A stretch of 64,000 nt of DNA, from positions 1 to 64,000 of the IMG/VR virus record IMGVR_UViG_3300033571_024432; one strand, written 5' to 3'. Positions 8,080-19,009 of the stretch are shown in pieces (the first letter of the stretch is position 1; every line of letters begins with the position of its first letter). Source of the DNA: a virus. Position numbers and translations under genes: made by a program. A model generated the notes under the pieces. The model searched no databases, had not been told where the DNA came from, and saw only the letters and a list, made by a program, of their open reading frames with translations.

Positions 8080-8610
8080 ATGTCAGTTAAAATTATTATT
8101 GATGATGCCAAAGGTTTGTATCAAACTGGTGCAACTTCTGGCGGTGTGGTAGGTATTAAACAAACAAGATCTTCCTCTGGCGTTGCAGCTGGTGGTAATG
8201 ATTTAATTGTATCAGGCCCTATTACAATTCCAGCTAATTCTTTAATCACAGGCTATCATGCTGTAATTACTTCAGCATTAGGCTTTGCAGATGTTGCAGA
8301 TGTAGGTTTCAGTTTTGGAAACAATGCTGATGGTACAGATGAAACATATTTACAATTAGTTGATAATTCGCTTTGTGATGCTGCTGCTGATGCATTAAAT
8401 GCACTTGCTGTAGGTATTGGAAATAGCACTTCTTCAAGTTTATCAACAGGTTTAGATACAGCCGATACAAATACACCTCTTACAATGAAGGCAGGGGCTC
8501 AAAAAATTGGTAATGCAGACGTAGATATTTATGGTGCTTTAGTTGCTAGTCAAAATATTGATGCAGGTGGTACTGTGCAATTTGTTGTTGAATTTATAAC
8601 ATTTTCTTAA
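8080..8610 (+). CDS. Putative virion structural protein (decoration or fibre-like), paralog B
   Basis: Tandem paralog of 7580..8062 (shared IPANSLIT and VEFITF). Confidence 0.55.
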   Translation: MSVKIIIDDAKGLYQTGATSGGVVGIKQTRSSSGVAAGGNDLIVSGPITIPANSLITGYHAVITSALGFADVADVGFSFGNNADGTDETYLQLVDNSLCDAAADALNALAVGIGNSTSSSLSTGLDTADTNTPLTMKAGAQKIGNADVDIYGALVASQNIDAGGTVQFVVEFITFS

Positions 8611-8621
8611 GGAGATTCTAA

Positions 8622-8927
8622 ATGAGTGAAGAAAAAAAGGCAGACGCTGTCGTCGAAGAAAAAGAAGTCAAAAAATCTGCCAAAAAATCAGAAGAAGTTA
8701 AAGCTGAGGTTAAGGTTGCAGAACCTAAAAAAGAAGTTAAAGAAGTTAAGGTAACAAATGTTAAAAAAGAATTTGTTGTAGGCGCCAAAGTTGTAGATAA
8801 GAAAAAAAGACAATTTACTATTCATAGTTTTCCGGAAGGTGAATTACACGACTTGTCTAATATTGTTTTAAAAAATGCTGATGACGTATTAAGTATACAA
8901 GTTAAAGGCAAGTTGCAATTAGTTTAA
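8622..8927 (+). CDS. Lys/Glu-rich hypothetical protein
   Basis: AAGGAG RBS; low-complexity charged N-half. Confidence 0.7.
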   Translation: MSEEKKADAVVEEKEVKKSAKKSEEVKAEVKVAEPKKEVKEVKVTNVKKEFVVGAKVVDKKKRQFTIHSFPEGELHDLSNIVLKNADDVLSIQVKGKLQLV

Positions 8928-8953
8928 GTTTATATAATTTAATAGAATAACGT

Positions 8954-9016
8954 AAAATCCTCTCGAGATATTCATAATTAGAAATAATAGAATATTGATG
9001 AGAGGATTTTTTTTTT
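8954..9016 (+). promoter_or_regulatory. Long hairpin covering the RBS of the neck gene, followed by a U-tract
   Basis: aaaatcctctc (8954-8964) pairs with gagaggatttt (9000-9010); inner atattc/gaatat; T-run up to the ATG at 9017. Confidence 0.6.
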
Positions 9017-10285
9017 ATGGCTAGTTTTGCAAATACTACAAATGCAACACCATTTGCAATATATGATGATGACATACATTTTCAGATGGATGCAGATAGT
9101 ATGTTAACATTTGTTAGACGTAAATTGGGTGATGATATAATTAGCGTTGAATTAACAAATAAACAAATATGGGCAGCTTTTGAGGAAGCAACATTAGAAT
9201 ATTCAAGATTTATAAATGAAAATATGCTTGAAAGTCATATGCATAGTTTATTAGGGATTCCAATCACAAATGTAAATACAAATATAGGACCTAATGGTGC
9301 AGAAGGAAAATTACCTAAAGAAAATTTTGATATATTTCTTAGAAAAGCTGAAGTATATGCAACAGAAGGTGGCGTTGCAGGTAATGTTGATCATTATATT
9401 GGATATATTAAATTAGAACAAGGTCGACAAGATTATAATATTACAACAGAACTTACATATAAAAAAGACGGGCAAGAATATTTGGTATTTAATCAGTTAG
9501 GATTAGGAGAATTTGAACCTGACCCAGATGATCCTACTCAATTAATTTTTGTTGAATATCCAGCAGGTGATTCTAGAAAACGTCAAAAAACAAAACCTAG
9601 AATATATGAAATAATGCATTTTAGTCCTCAGGCAGCATATCGTTTTTTTGATACAACCAGTTCAATAAATTATTTAAATAATCAGTTTGCTTTTGAATCA
9701 TTTACACCTGAAACTGTTTTTTATGTTTTACCTGTTTTTGAAGATGTTTTACGTGCAGGGCAATTAGATATAAGTAATCGTATAAGACGTTCTAATTACA
9801 GTTATGAATTACATGGTAATAATATTCGAATATATCCTAAACCAACGCAAGAAAATCCATATAGTTTATTTATTAGATTTGCATTTCCTTTAAATCCTTT
9901 AAAACCAGATATACCTGATGATAAAATTAACGGTGTATCAAATATTAGTAATGTTCCATATGGAAATTTGCAATATAACGGTTTAAATTCAATTGCTAGG
10001 CATTGGATTAGAGAATTTACTTTGGCTTTAAGTCGAGAAATGTTAGGTATAGTTAGAAGTAAATTCTCAAGTATTCCTATACCTGGGGGGGATTTGCAGT
10101 TAAATGGTTCTGATTTAATTTCTAGCGGTCGTGATGATCAAGAGAAATTAAAAACTCAATTAAAAGAGACATTAGAAAAGATGACAATGTCTAAGATTCT
10201 TGAAAATCAAAATAATCAAGCCGATCAATTACAAAATTTATTGAAAAAAATACCCATTCCAAATGGGCCATTTTTGATGGGATAA
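9017..10285 (+). CDS. Neck protein (T4 gp13-like adaptor)
   Basis: RRKLG...VELTNKQI..AFEEA N-terminus and WIREFTLAL.REMLG.VRSKF..IPIPGG.LQLNG C-terminus; gene position. Confidence 0.75.
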   Translation: MASFANTTNATPFAIYDDDIHFQMDADSMLTFVRRKLGDDIISVELTNKQIWAAFEEATLEYSRFINENMLESHMHSLLGIPITNVNTNIGPNGAEGKLPKENFDIFLRKAEVYATEGGVAGNVDHYIGYIKLEQGRQDYNITTELTYKKDGQEYLVFNQLGLGEFEPDPDDPTQLIFVEYPAGDSRKRQKTKPRIYEIMHFSPQAAYRFFDTTSSINYLNNQFAFESFTPETVFYVLPVFEDVLRAGQLDISNRIRRSNYSYELHGNNIRIYPKPTQENPYSLFIRFAFPLNPLKPDIPDDKINGVSNISNVPYGNLQYNGLNSIARHWIREFTLALSREMLGIVRSKFSSIPIPGGDLQLNGSDLISSGRDDQEKLKTQLKETLEKMTMSKILENQNNQADQLQNLLKKIPIPNGPFLMG

Positions 10286-10295
10286 AGTGAATTAA

Positions 10296-10976
10296 ATGGC
10301 AAGATTATTTTTTACTGAAAAAGAAGCAGATCTGTTTTCAGATTTAACAAAAGAAATTATTAAAGATGTTATAGGTCAAAAGATATACTATTATCATGTT
10401 AGAGAAGATTTATCAAATCCACATGCATTGTATGAGGAAAGTATAGAAAAAGCGTTTGATCCACCTATTGAAATTGATTGTTTAGTTGAATGGCAAGCAG
10501 CTGATGTTAAATTGACTAATTTTGGATATGAACAAACAAAAAACATTACTGTTTTTTTACATCCTCGTGATTTAAAAGATAAAGATTTAAGTATAAATGA
10601 AGGTGATTTTTTTCAATTCGGTGAATATTTTTTTGAAGCTACAACAATTATTGTTGAAAAAATTATGTTTGGTCAAACTGAACGTATTGCTGGTTATAAA
10701 ATGCAAGGTAAACAAGCACGTATTAATCTTATTAATAAACGATTAAATGGACCTGTTAGTGATATGTATATTGACGAAAATGCAACACAAAAAGTTTTTG
10801 AGCAACAAAGAGGTTTTGAAAAAACATCATCTGGTATTGAAACTGGTGATACAAGACAATTAAGAAAAGATGGTATATTGGAAGAACCAATTACAGGACA
10901 AAAGCAAGTAAAACCCCAACCTAGCAAAATAAATGCAAATACTATAAAATCATCATTTTATGGTGAAGGAGATTAA
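10296..10976 (+). CDS. Neck protein (T4 gp14-like head closure)
   Basis: GQKIYYY...LYEES..KAFDPPIEI...EGDFFQFGE; follows the gp13-like gene. Confidence 0.65.
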   Translation: MARLFFTEKEADLFSDLTKEIIKDVIGQKIYYYHVREDLSNPHALYEESIEKAFDPPIEIDCLVEWQAADVKLTNFGYEQTKNITVFLHPRDLKDKDLSINEGDFFQFGEYFFEATTIIVEKIMFGQTERIAGYKMQGKQARINLINKRLNGPVSDMYIDENATQKVFEQQRGFEKTSSGIETGDTRQLRKDGILEEPITGQKQVKPQPSKINANTIKSSFYGEGD

Positions 10977-10978
10977 AA

Positions 10979-12166
10979 ATGACTACAAGATTTACCAGGG
11001 ATGATATAGATTTTAATGCAGTCGCAACTGGTTATGAAGGTGTAAATTTTACAGGATTAACAATTCCTTCATGTGGAATTGAAGATTTAGATAAAGCTGT
11101 TTTTAATCTTTTTGATAAAGAAATACCTTTATTTTATGAATTAGATGGAGAAAGAAAAAGAATACCAGTTATTTTTGCAACAGGTGAACGTTTTGCAATA
11201 TTAAGAAAAAAGAAGCCAATTAGAGATAGAAGCGGTGCAATAATATTACCTTTAATTTCTATATCTAGGACATCATTAGAACAAGGCGCGCCAAAAGGTA
11301 CAGCTGATAATGCTATGTTACCGCATATTATAAAAAGACGTTTATCTGAAGAAGATTTACAAGAACAACAACTTAGAAATAAAGAAAATCTTGAAAATGT
11401 AAAAAATACATTAGGACAAGAAGAAGGAAATACTTCTGTAAATATTTTAAATAAAAATTTGAGTTTAATACCTAAAATGTCTAACTCAAATATTTATGAA
11501 ATAATAGAAATGCCACCTATAAATTATATGGGTGCAACTTACGAAATTGCTATTTGGACAAACTTTCAGCAAGAAGCGAATAGAATATTTGAAACAATTT
11601 TAAAATCATATACAATAAATGTTAGTCAACAATTTAGACTAGATTCAGATAAACCATATTGGTTTTCAGGTTTTGTAAGTAGTCAAATATCTACAGATAC
11701 ATCATATTCAGATATGACAGAAAATGAAAGATATGTTAAAATGAATTTGACATTAACAGCAAATGGTTATGTTATTTTACCTAATATGATGGGTGGTAAA
11801 ACAGCATTAAGATCTTTTATTTCTGCACCTAAAATTTCTTTTGATGTTTATCAAGATGAATCAGCTGTTCTACCTTTACATGGTTTAGGAGGACCTATTG
11901 ATAACACTTTTGATTCACACGTTTTTGATGATTTACAAGCAGAAGATGATCCTATGCCTTCATCTAATATAGGTATTGATTCAATGAATAACCAAATTAA
12001 TTTATTAACGAATAAACCAGGGTATATCGCCCAAAATGATATTAGAGACCCTAATAAAACTAATATTACAAAATATGGTGTATATGATATTAGCAGAAAA
12101 AAAGGTGAAGTCGCATATAAAGGTCTAGCTGCCCAAAATATTTTATTAAATTTCTCTAATAAATAA
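10979..12166 (+). CDS. Tail terminator/completion protein (gp15-like)
   Basis: IPVIFATGERFA...LPLISISRT; lies between the neck and sheath genes. Confidence 0.6.
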   Translation: MTTRFTRDDIDFNAVATGYEGVNFTGLTIPSCGIEDLDKAVFNLFDKEIPLFYELDGERKRIPVIFATGERFAILRKKKPIRDRSGAIILPLISISRTSLEQGAPKGTADNAMLPHIIKRRLSEEDLQEQQLRNKENLENVKNTLGQEEGNTSVNILNKNLSLIPKMSNSNIYEIIEMPPINYMGATYEIAIWTNFQQEANRIFETILKSYTINVSQQFRLDSDKPYWFSGFVSSQISTDTSYSDMTENERYVKMNLTLTANGYVILPNMMGGKTALRSFISAPKISFDVYQDESAVLPLHGLGGPIDNTFDSHVFDDLQAEDDPMPSSNIGIDSMNNQINLLTNKPGYIAQNDIRDPNKTNITKYGVYDISRKKGEVAYKGLAAQNILLNFSNK

Positions 12167-12264
12167 AATCAAATTAATAAATATTAAAAATTATTTAAAT
12201 CTGTTTTTCTACACGATAATTATCATTAAATTAAATAGCTTTATAGAAAGAAATAGGAGAAAAA

Positions 12265-15016
12265 ATGAGCGAGCAAGTATTCAAATCACCAGGATTTTTT
12301 GAAAGAGAAATCGAGGTGCAATCAAAACCTCCCAAAAAAGAACCTAATTCATCTCCAGTTGGTATTATTGGCGCAGCTGAAAAAGGCCCGGCTTTCGTAC
12401 CAATCATTTTAAATTCAATGGATGATTATACCAATGTCTTTGGAGATGTACAAAAGGATAAACTTGCAGGACACGCAGTATCAGAATTTTTTACAGTAAA
12501 ACAAGGCGGTACAGGGGCAATTCAATATATTAGAACATTAGGAAATTCAGATAAATCAGGTTTTACTGCAGATATGCAATTATTATGTTCTACTCACCAA
12601 ATTGATGTAAATGAAAACAAGGTTTCAAATAATTTTGCAGGCGCTGATCAATTAGCAGCTGATGGTAAATTATTACGTGCTGTTTTTATATTACATAAAG
12701 ACTGCACTTTATCAATTGCAAGTGGAAAATTAACAGTTAATGTAGGTTTAACAGGAATTAAAGCAAGAAGTGTTGTAATATCTTTTGACCAAAACGATAA
12801 TAATTATTTGGATAAAGTATTAAATACTGATCCATTTAAATTGGAAGAATATGGATATTATCTATATGCACATTTTCCAATTCAAAGCATTTATGCATCA
12901 GCAGTTGCTGCTGAATTAATAACACTTAATAATGGTGATTTTTCAAAGAAATTCAGTTCTCCTAAATCGCCTAAGTTTATAAGTCAGCCATTTGGTTCAA
13001 AAGAATATGAATTATTTGAAATCGAAACAATTGATGATGGTATTTATGCAGCAGGAAAATATAAAATTAGTATCAGCAATTTAAGAGCATCTACAGATGT
13101 TGATTATAAATTTGGAACATTTAATTTAGAGGTTAGAGATTTAAATGATACTGATGATTCACCTTTAATATATGAATCATATACAAATTGTTCTTTAGAT
13201 CCTTCATCAAGTAATTATATTGCAAAATTAATTGGTAATAAAAAAGTAAAATTTGATGATAGTGTTGCAACAGAAAAAAGATTAATTACATCAGGAGAAT
13301 ATGATAATCAATCAAATAGAATTAGAATAGTTATATCTGAAGATGTAAAAAATGGAATTATCCCTCCTGAATCATTACCTTTTGGTTTTAAAGGTATTCC
13401 AACAATTTCTACCGATATTACTTCTGGTACTGATGATTATGTTTCACCGCCATTACCATTTCGATTTAAGGTAACAAAAGGAAAATTTGATGTTACCAAT
13501 ACATCAGTTATTGGTGCTAAAGGACAATATGAAAATGTTGATGTAAATAAATATTGGGGTATTATTAATTTTAATATTGATAGTATCGATACACCTAATA
13601 ATAGAGCAACAACAGGTATGCAAACTAATTCATTAGTTGAAAATTTATGTAAATTTATGGGTAATAATGTTACAACAGCTGAAAATTCAATAGTTTCTGA
13701 TGATTTAAATTCTAATAAATTTACTTTGGCAAGAGTTGTATTTAATGAAACAACAGTTGGTGATGTATCTGATCAAGTATCTGAAAGTTTTGGTAGCGCT
13801 GTGTATTGGAGAGGTGGTACATATGATCCAGTTACATATAAAATATTAGTTGCTGCTAATGATACAAGAGTATCAATGGCATCAGTATTATCAGAAAGTA
13901 AAGAAAAATTCAATAAATTTTCAGCATTTTCAAAATTTACAGCACCATTGTTTGGAGGTTTTGATGGTTTAAATATATTTGATAAAGATTCAGTTAATAT
14001 GAATGACAGATCTTGTTCAACAGAAGCTGGTGGGAAAGCTATTGGATATGCTAGTGGTTTGAATGATACAACAGATGCAAGTTTACAAGGTGAAAAATTA
14101 TCTAATAATATTGTTTCTGCATATATTGATGCTGTAAATATAATGTTAGAACCAGCAACTGCATATGTACATGTTATATTATTGCCTGGTATTAGAGAAA
14201 AATTAATTACAAATCATGTAGCATTAAAAACAGCAGAATTTGGTAAAGCAATTTATTTGATGGATATTACATTATGATTCAGCTGGTGGTAGATTATTTG
14301 GTGATAAATCATTAGCTGATAAAAAGGCAGATATTTCAAGTACTATTTCAAAATTGAATGCTAGAAATTTTGATAATAATTATGTTGCAACATATTTTCC
14401 TGATGTATTATTTGATGATGCATCAGATAAAATTGTAGGATTATCAAAGAGAGTTATAAATTTACCTTCTTCTGTTATTGCGATGAGTGCATTAGCCAAG
14501 AGTGAAGGATCTAGAACAATTCAACCATGGTTTGCTCCTGCAGGTTTTGGTAATGGTGCTAATCCTAGAATTAAAGGTGTTACTGTAAGATTGAAAGCTG
14601 ATGATCGTGATGATTTATATGAAAACAAAATTAATCCTATTGCAACTTTTCCAACAAATCAATATGTTATTTTTGGTCAAAAAACTTTACAAGTTTCAAA
14701 TACTGCATTAAGTAGAGTCAATGTAAGAAGATTAATGATTGAAGTTAAACGTGGTGTTGAAAGAGCAGCACAAGCTTTATTATTTGAACCAAATAATCAA
14801 AGAACAAGAGATAATTTTTCAAATACTGTAAATGCATTTTTATCAAATATCAAATTAAATAGTGGTATTGAAAATTATAGAATTGTTATTAGTAATGATC
14901 CTAATGAAATTGATCAAAATATTTTAAGTGGTAAAATAATTATAGTACCTACAAGAGTTGTTGAATTTATTGCTATGGATTTTGTTGTAACTAATAGCGG
15001 TGTAACATTTGCATAA
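12265..15016 (+). CDS. Tail sheath protein 1, broken by a +1 frameshift near 14269
   Basis: SPGFFEREI and KGPAFVP N-terminus; WFAPAG, INPIA and RVNVRRL C-terminus. Frame 1 ends MDITL* at 14277, and the +1 frame from 14270 (HYDSAGG...KLNARNFD) is open into ORF 14354..15016. Confidence 0.8.
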
Positions 15017-15109
15017 AATAAAATATTTATTTTAACTATTATCAAGCAAAATCTTTTGTTCTCAAATAATTAATCTTAAAATAAATTAAATTTTATAGGA
15101 GATTTCATT

Positions 15110-18100
15110 ATGGCCGGACAAGGTTCAGCTAGAGTTTCCCTTAGGGAAATTGATTTATCAGCGCCAACGCCTGTTAATAGAGTGCTAACAGGTACACCAG
15201 CAGGTGTAGTAGGGCGTGCAAAGCGTGGTCCTGCATTCATACCCACAATTTTTTCAAATATTCAAGAATTTCAAGATATATTTGGCTCTTTCAGTGATAA
15301 AGGTCTTGATTCAAACTCAAATTTGTTCGGGCCATTGGCAGTTAATGAATGGATGAGCGGCAATCCTGGACAAGGTGCTTTTGTTCGTTTATTAGGTGCT
15401 GGTAATACACCTGGTTTTACAGTTGGTACAAAACAACTAGGTACAAATGGTAATGAGATTAGTAATTCTTTTGCAAACAATACTAATAATGTTAATATCG
15501 CTGGTAAAACATTTATGTTAGGTCATTTTGCAAAAAGTGTTACAAATTCAAAATATCTATCAGAATCAGGTATAAAAAAAATACCACTAAGAGAAGTGTC
15601 AAAAATAGTAGTAACTAATACATCAGATGGTATTAACACAGGTGATACTTTGACAATCAAGGCATATGGAGATCCTCAGTCTGAAGAAAAAACTTTTACA
15701 TTTGATGGCAATGGGCCTGCATCAGCAACTGTTATTCAACATAATGGTACTGATGCAATAGCTACTGCAACTGCAATTAAAAATGCAATTAATTCAGCTT
15801 TTAATACTACAAAAAAAGTTATTGCAACATCTTCAACTAATACTGTTACATTAACACAATTTGTAGATGATATATCAGGTAATATTAATATTTCTGTTAC
15901 AAAAACAGGCGCAGCTGGATTAACAATTACAATGAATGATTTATCATCTTCTGACACACAATTATTTACATTATTACGTGGTGTTTTAATGACTCCACAT
16001 AATGTAAAAGCAACTGTTGAATCAAATATTGCAGGTAAAGAAGAAGCGCCTCAGAATAATCAAGCAGATTCTGATGTAGGATATAGCATTGGTAATATTG
16101 ATACAACTACTTTAGGTTTTACTTTATATTTAGTTGGACATTTAGATACAAATATTAATAAGATTGAATGTTCTTTTGATCCAAGTCAATCAAATTATTT
16201 TGCTAAAGTTTTGAATAAAGATCCACATAAGATTGAAGAATATGGTCACTATTTATATTCACATTATGATATTGATAAAAATATTATTTCATTACCTTCT
16301 GATGGTGATTTAAAAAAAGAAGATAATACAAATGCAAGCATTACAGCATGCGGAACTTTTTGTGTATCTAGTGGAGAGGTTGTGTTTGAAAATTTTCAAA
16401 AAAGATTTCAAACAGCTGTTTCACCTTGGGTAGTAAGTCAAGATTTTGGTATTGAACCTGATGGTAGTAATAATAGTGGTATTGGTGATTCTGTAATTAA
16501 ATTATTTAGATTTCATGCATTGGATGATGGTGAAATAGGAAATAATCAAATTAAGGTTACAGTATCAAATTTGGTTAAAGGTGAGTTTGGTGGATTTGGT
16601 ACATTTGATGTTGCTATTGAAAAATTAGATACAAACCCATTGAAGAATTCAGTATTAGTAGGTTGGAAAAGATTAAGTCTAGATCCTAATTCATTAAATT
16701 ATATAGCACGTATAATTGGTGATAAAAGAGTATATTGGGATTTTGATGCAAGTAAACCTGGTTTGCAAGAAGAAGGATCATATAGTGTAACAAATAAATA
16801 TGTAAGAGTTGAAGTGTCAGATGAGGTAAAAAATTTAGATTTACCTGCTGAAACTTTACCTTGTGGTTTTGCTGGAATTAAGCAATTGCATTTCACAAAA
16901 GAAAATGGTGATGCATATTTTGTAGAAAACACTAAGTTATTGACTAATTATTTAAAATATATGACAGAGCCACCTATACCTATGATTAGATCAATTGGTA
17001 AAATAGTTCAAAGTGCAACTGAATCTAAGGAACCAAAAGTTATGCCTTGGGGTATAAAATTTGCTGAAAAACTTAATTTAGATGTAGGTGATAATGGGTT
17101 TAAGGAATATATTGAACAAAGATTTAATAATAGTATTAAAAATTATTCAAAATTATTTAATGAAAATATTTGGAATATTAAATATATTGAAGGTGATTCT
17201 ACAAAATCTCAGATTGATTATGCAAATGATCATAATTTCTTTCATTTAGAAAAAATTCGTATAACAAAAAAGGTAGATAATTCAATTGATAATACAAAAT
17301 GGGGTGATGCAATATTTGTTAGAAATTCTGATGTTTCAAGCGATACAGCACCTACTGACGCATCTGCATCTAGACGTTTTTTTAGAATGAAAAATGATTT
17401 AAGCTTAAGTAATAGTAAATATTTATCATTTAGCTTCTTTATGCAAGGTGGATTTGATGGTTTAAATATTTTTGATATTGATCAACATCATTTATCTGAT
17501 GCTGCTTGTGTAAAAGAAGCTAAAACACAAAATAAAACAGGTTCATCAATTGAAACATATCAGAAAGCTATAGATGTATATTCAGATAAAGCAGCTGCAG
17601 AAATTCAGTTATTGGTTGTACCTGGTATTAGAGAACCATCTATTACAAATTATGGTGTGTTAGCATCTGAGAGTCGTTTTGATACATTATATTTGATGGA
17701 TCCTGAGCAAGTTGATGCGACTGGCACTGTAATTGTTGATAGTGAAACAATACCATCAGTTAATAAAACAATTCAGACATTTGCAAGTAGATCATTAGAT
17801 ACATCATTTGCTGCTTCATTTTTTCCAGATGTTGTATTAAATAAACCAAATGGTGGTTCTATTAAAGTTCCTCCAACAATTGCAGCATTAGGTGTAATGA
17901 GTCGTGCAGATAATGGTGGTAATGCTCCATGGTATGCTCCTGCAGGTATTAATAGAGGTTTAGTTAATGCATCAGCAACAGAATTTTCTATTAGTCGTGA
18001 GCAGTTAGATGAGTTATATGATAATGATATTAATCCAATATATATACCTGCTGGTAGAGATCAAGTATATGTATTTGGACAAAAAACATTATTGAAGAAT

Positions 18101-18418
18101 CCATCTGCATTGGATAGAATAAATGTTAGACGTTTATTAATTTATGTTAGACGTAAAGTTAAACAAATAGCAAATTCATTCTTATTTTCGCCAAATAGAG
18201 AAGATACATTAAAAGCATTTTCAAATGCTGTTGAACCGATTATGGCAAATATTAAAGCGCAACAAGGTGTTGAAAGATATAAAGTGCAGATTGATACATC
18301 TACAACAACTCAATCAGATGTTGAGAATAATACAATTCGTGGCAAAATATATTTACAACCAACAAAGTCAACTGAGTTTATTTCTCTTGACTTTGAAGTT
18401 AGAAATTCAATTGATTAA
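15110..18418 (+). CDS. Tail sheath protein 2 (intact)
   Basis: RGPAFIP, GGFDGLNIF, PWYAPAG..RG, INPI, FGQKTL, LDRINVRRLL, RGKIYLQPTKS.EFI. Confidence 0.92.
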   Translation: MAGQGSARVSLREIDLSAPTPVNRVLTGTPAGVVGRAKRGPAFIPTIFSNIQEFQDIFGSFSDKGLDSNSNLFGPLAVNEWMSGNPGQGAFVRLLGAGNTPGFTVGTKQLGTNGNEISNSFANNTNNVNIAGKTFMLGHFAKSVTNSKYLSESGIKKIPLREVSKIVVTNTSDGINTGDTLTIKAYGDPQSEEKTFTFDGNGPASATVIQHNGTDAIATATAIKNAINSAFNTTKKVIATSSTNTVTLTQFVDDISGNINISVTKTGAAGLTITMNDLSSSDTQLFTLLRGVLMTPHNVKATVESNIAGKEEAPQNNQADSDVGYSIGNIDTTTLGFTLYLVGHLDTNINKIECSFDPSQSNYFAKVLNKDPHKIEEYGHYLYSHYDIDKNIISLPSDGDLKKEDNTNASITACGTFCVSSGEVVFENFQKRFQTAVSPWVVSQDFGIEPDGSNNSGIGDSVIKLFRFHALDDGEIGNNQIKVTVSNLVKGEFGGFGTFDVAIEKLDTNPLKNSVLVGWKRLSLDPNSLNYIARIIGDKRVYWDFDASKPGLQEEGSYSVTNKYVRVEVSDEVKNLDLPAETLPCGFAGIKQLHFTKENGDAYFVENTKLLTNYLKYMTEPPIPMIRSIGKIVQSATESKEPKVMPWGIKFAEKLNLDVGDNGFKEYIEQRFNNSIKNYSKLFNENIWNIKYIEGDSTKSQIDYANDHNFFHLEKIRITKKVDNSIDNTKWGDAIFVRNSDVSSDTAPTDASASRRFFRMKNDLSLSNSKYLSFSFFMQGGFDGLNIFDIDQHHLSDAACVKEAKTQNKTGSSIETYQKAIDVYSDKAAAEIQLLVVPGIREPSITNYGVLASESRFDTLYLMDPEQVDATGTVIVDSETIPSVNKTIQTFASRSLDTSFAASFFPDVVLNKPNGGSIKVPPTIAALGVMSRADNGGNAPWYAPAGINRGLVNASATEFSISREQLDELYDNDINPIYIPAGRDQVYVFGQKTLLKNPSALDRINVRRLLIYVRRKVKQIANSFLFSPNREDTLKAFSNAVEPIMANIKAQQGVERYKVQIDTSTTTQSDVENNTIRGKIYLQPTKSTEFISLDFEVRNSID

Positions 18419-18464
18419 CATAGTTAATTATATATAAAGAAATAAACATTAGGAGAAATAAAAC

Positions 18465-18956
18465 ATGGCGATTGAAACATTAAGTGTCGCGGAGATGATT
18501 CCAAATAAATTTGAACCAAAAAGAGGTAATCGATGGGTTTTTGCAATTGAAGGACTTGATTCATTTTTGATTAAGTCAGCAGCAAGACCTAGTATTACAA
18601 TTGGTTCTCAAACAATAAATTATATTAATTCACAAAGACATATTGCTGGGAAAGTTACATTTGGTAGTATAACTGTTAATCTTTACGATCCAATTGCACC
18701 ATCAGGCGCGCAGCAAGTAATGGAATGGGTTAGAACACATGGTGAGACAGTATCAGGTAGAGCAGGTTATGCTGATTTCTATAAGAGAGATTGTCAAATT
18801 AAGTTATTAGATCCTGTTGGAACAGTTATTGAATTATGGGATTTAAAAGGTTGTCAATTGGAAAGTGCAAATTATAGTAGTTTATCATATGATAATGATG
18901 ATTTATTAATGATTGATTTAAGTATTAAATTTGATAACTGCGTATTACAATATTAA
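18465..18956 (+). CDS. Tail tube protein (gp19-like)
   Basis: FEPKRGNRW...ITVNLYDPIAPSGAQQVMEW...KLLDPVGTVIELW; immediately follows the sheath. Confidence 0.88.
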   Translation: MAIETLSVAEMIPNKFEPKRGNRWVFAIEGLDSFLIKSAARPSITIGSQTINYINSQRHIAGKVTFGSITVNLYDPIAPSGAQQVMEWVRTHGETVSGRAGYADFYKRDCQIKLLDPVGTVIELWDLKGCQLESANYSSLSYDNDDLLMIDLSIKFDNCVLQY

Positions 18957-19009
18957 TAAATAATTTCTTTTTCACTATAATTATACATAAAATCATTAGT
19001 GAAAGACAA

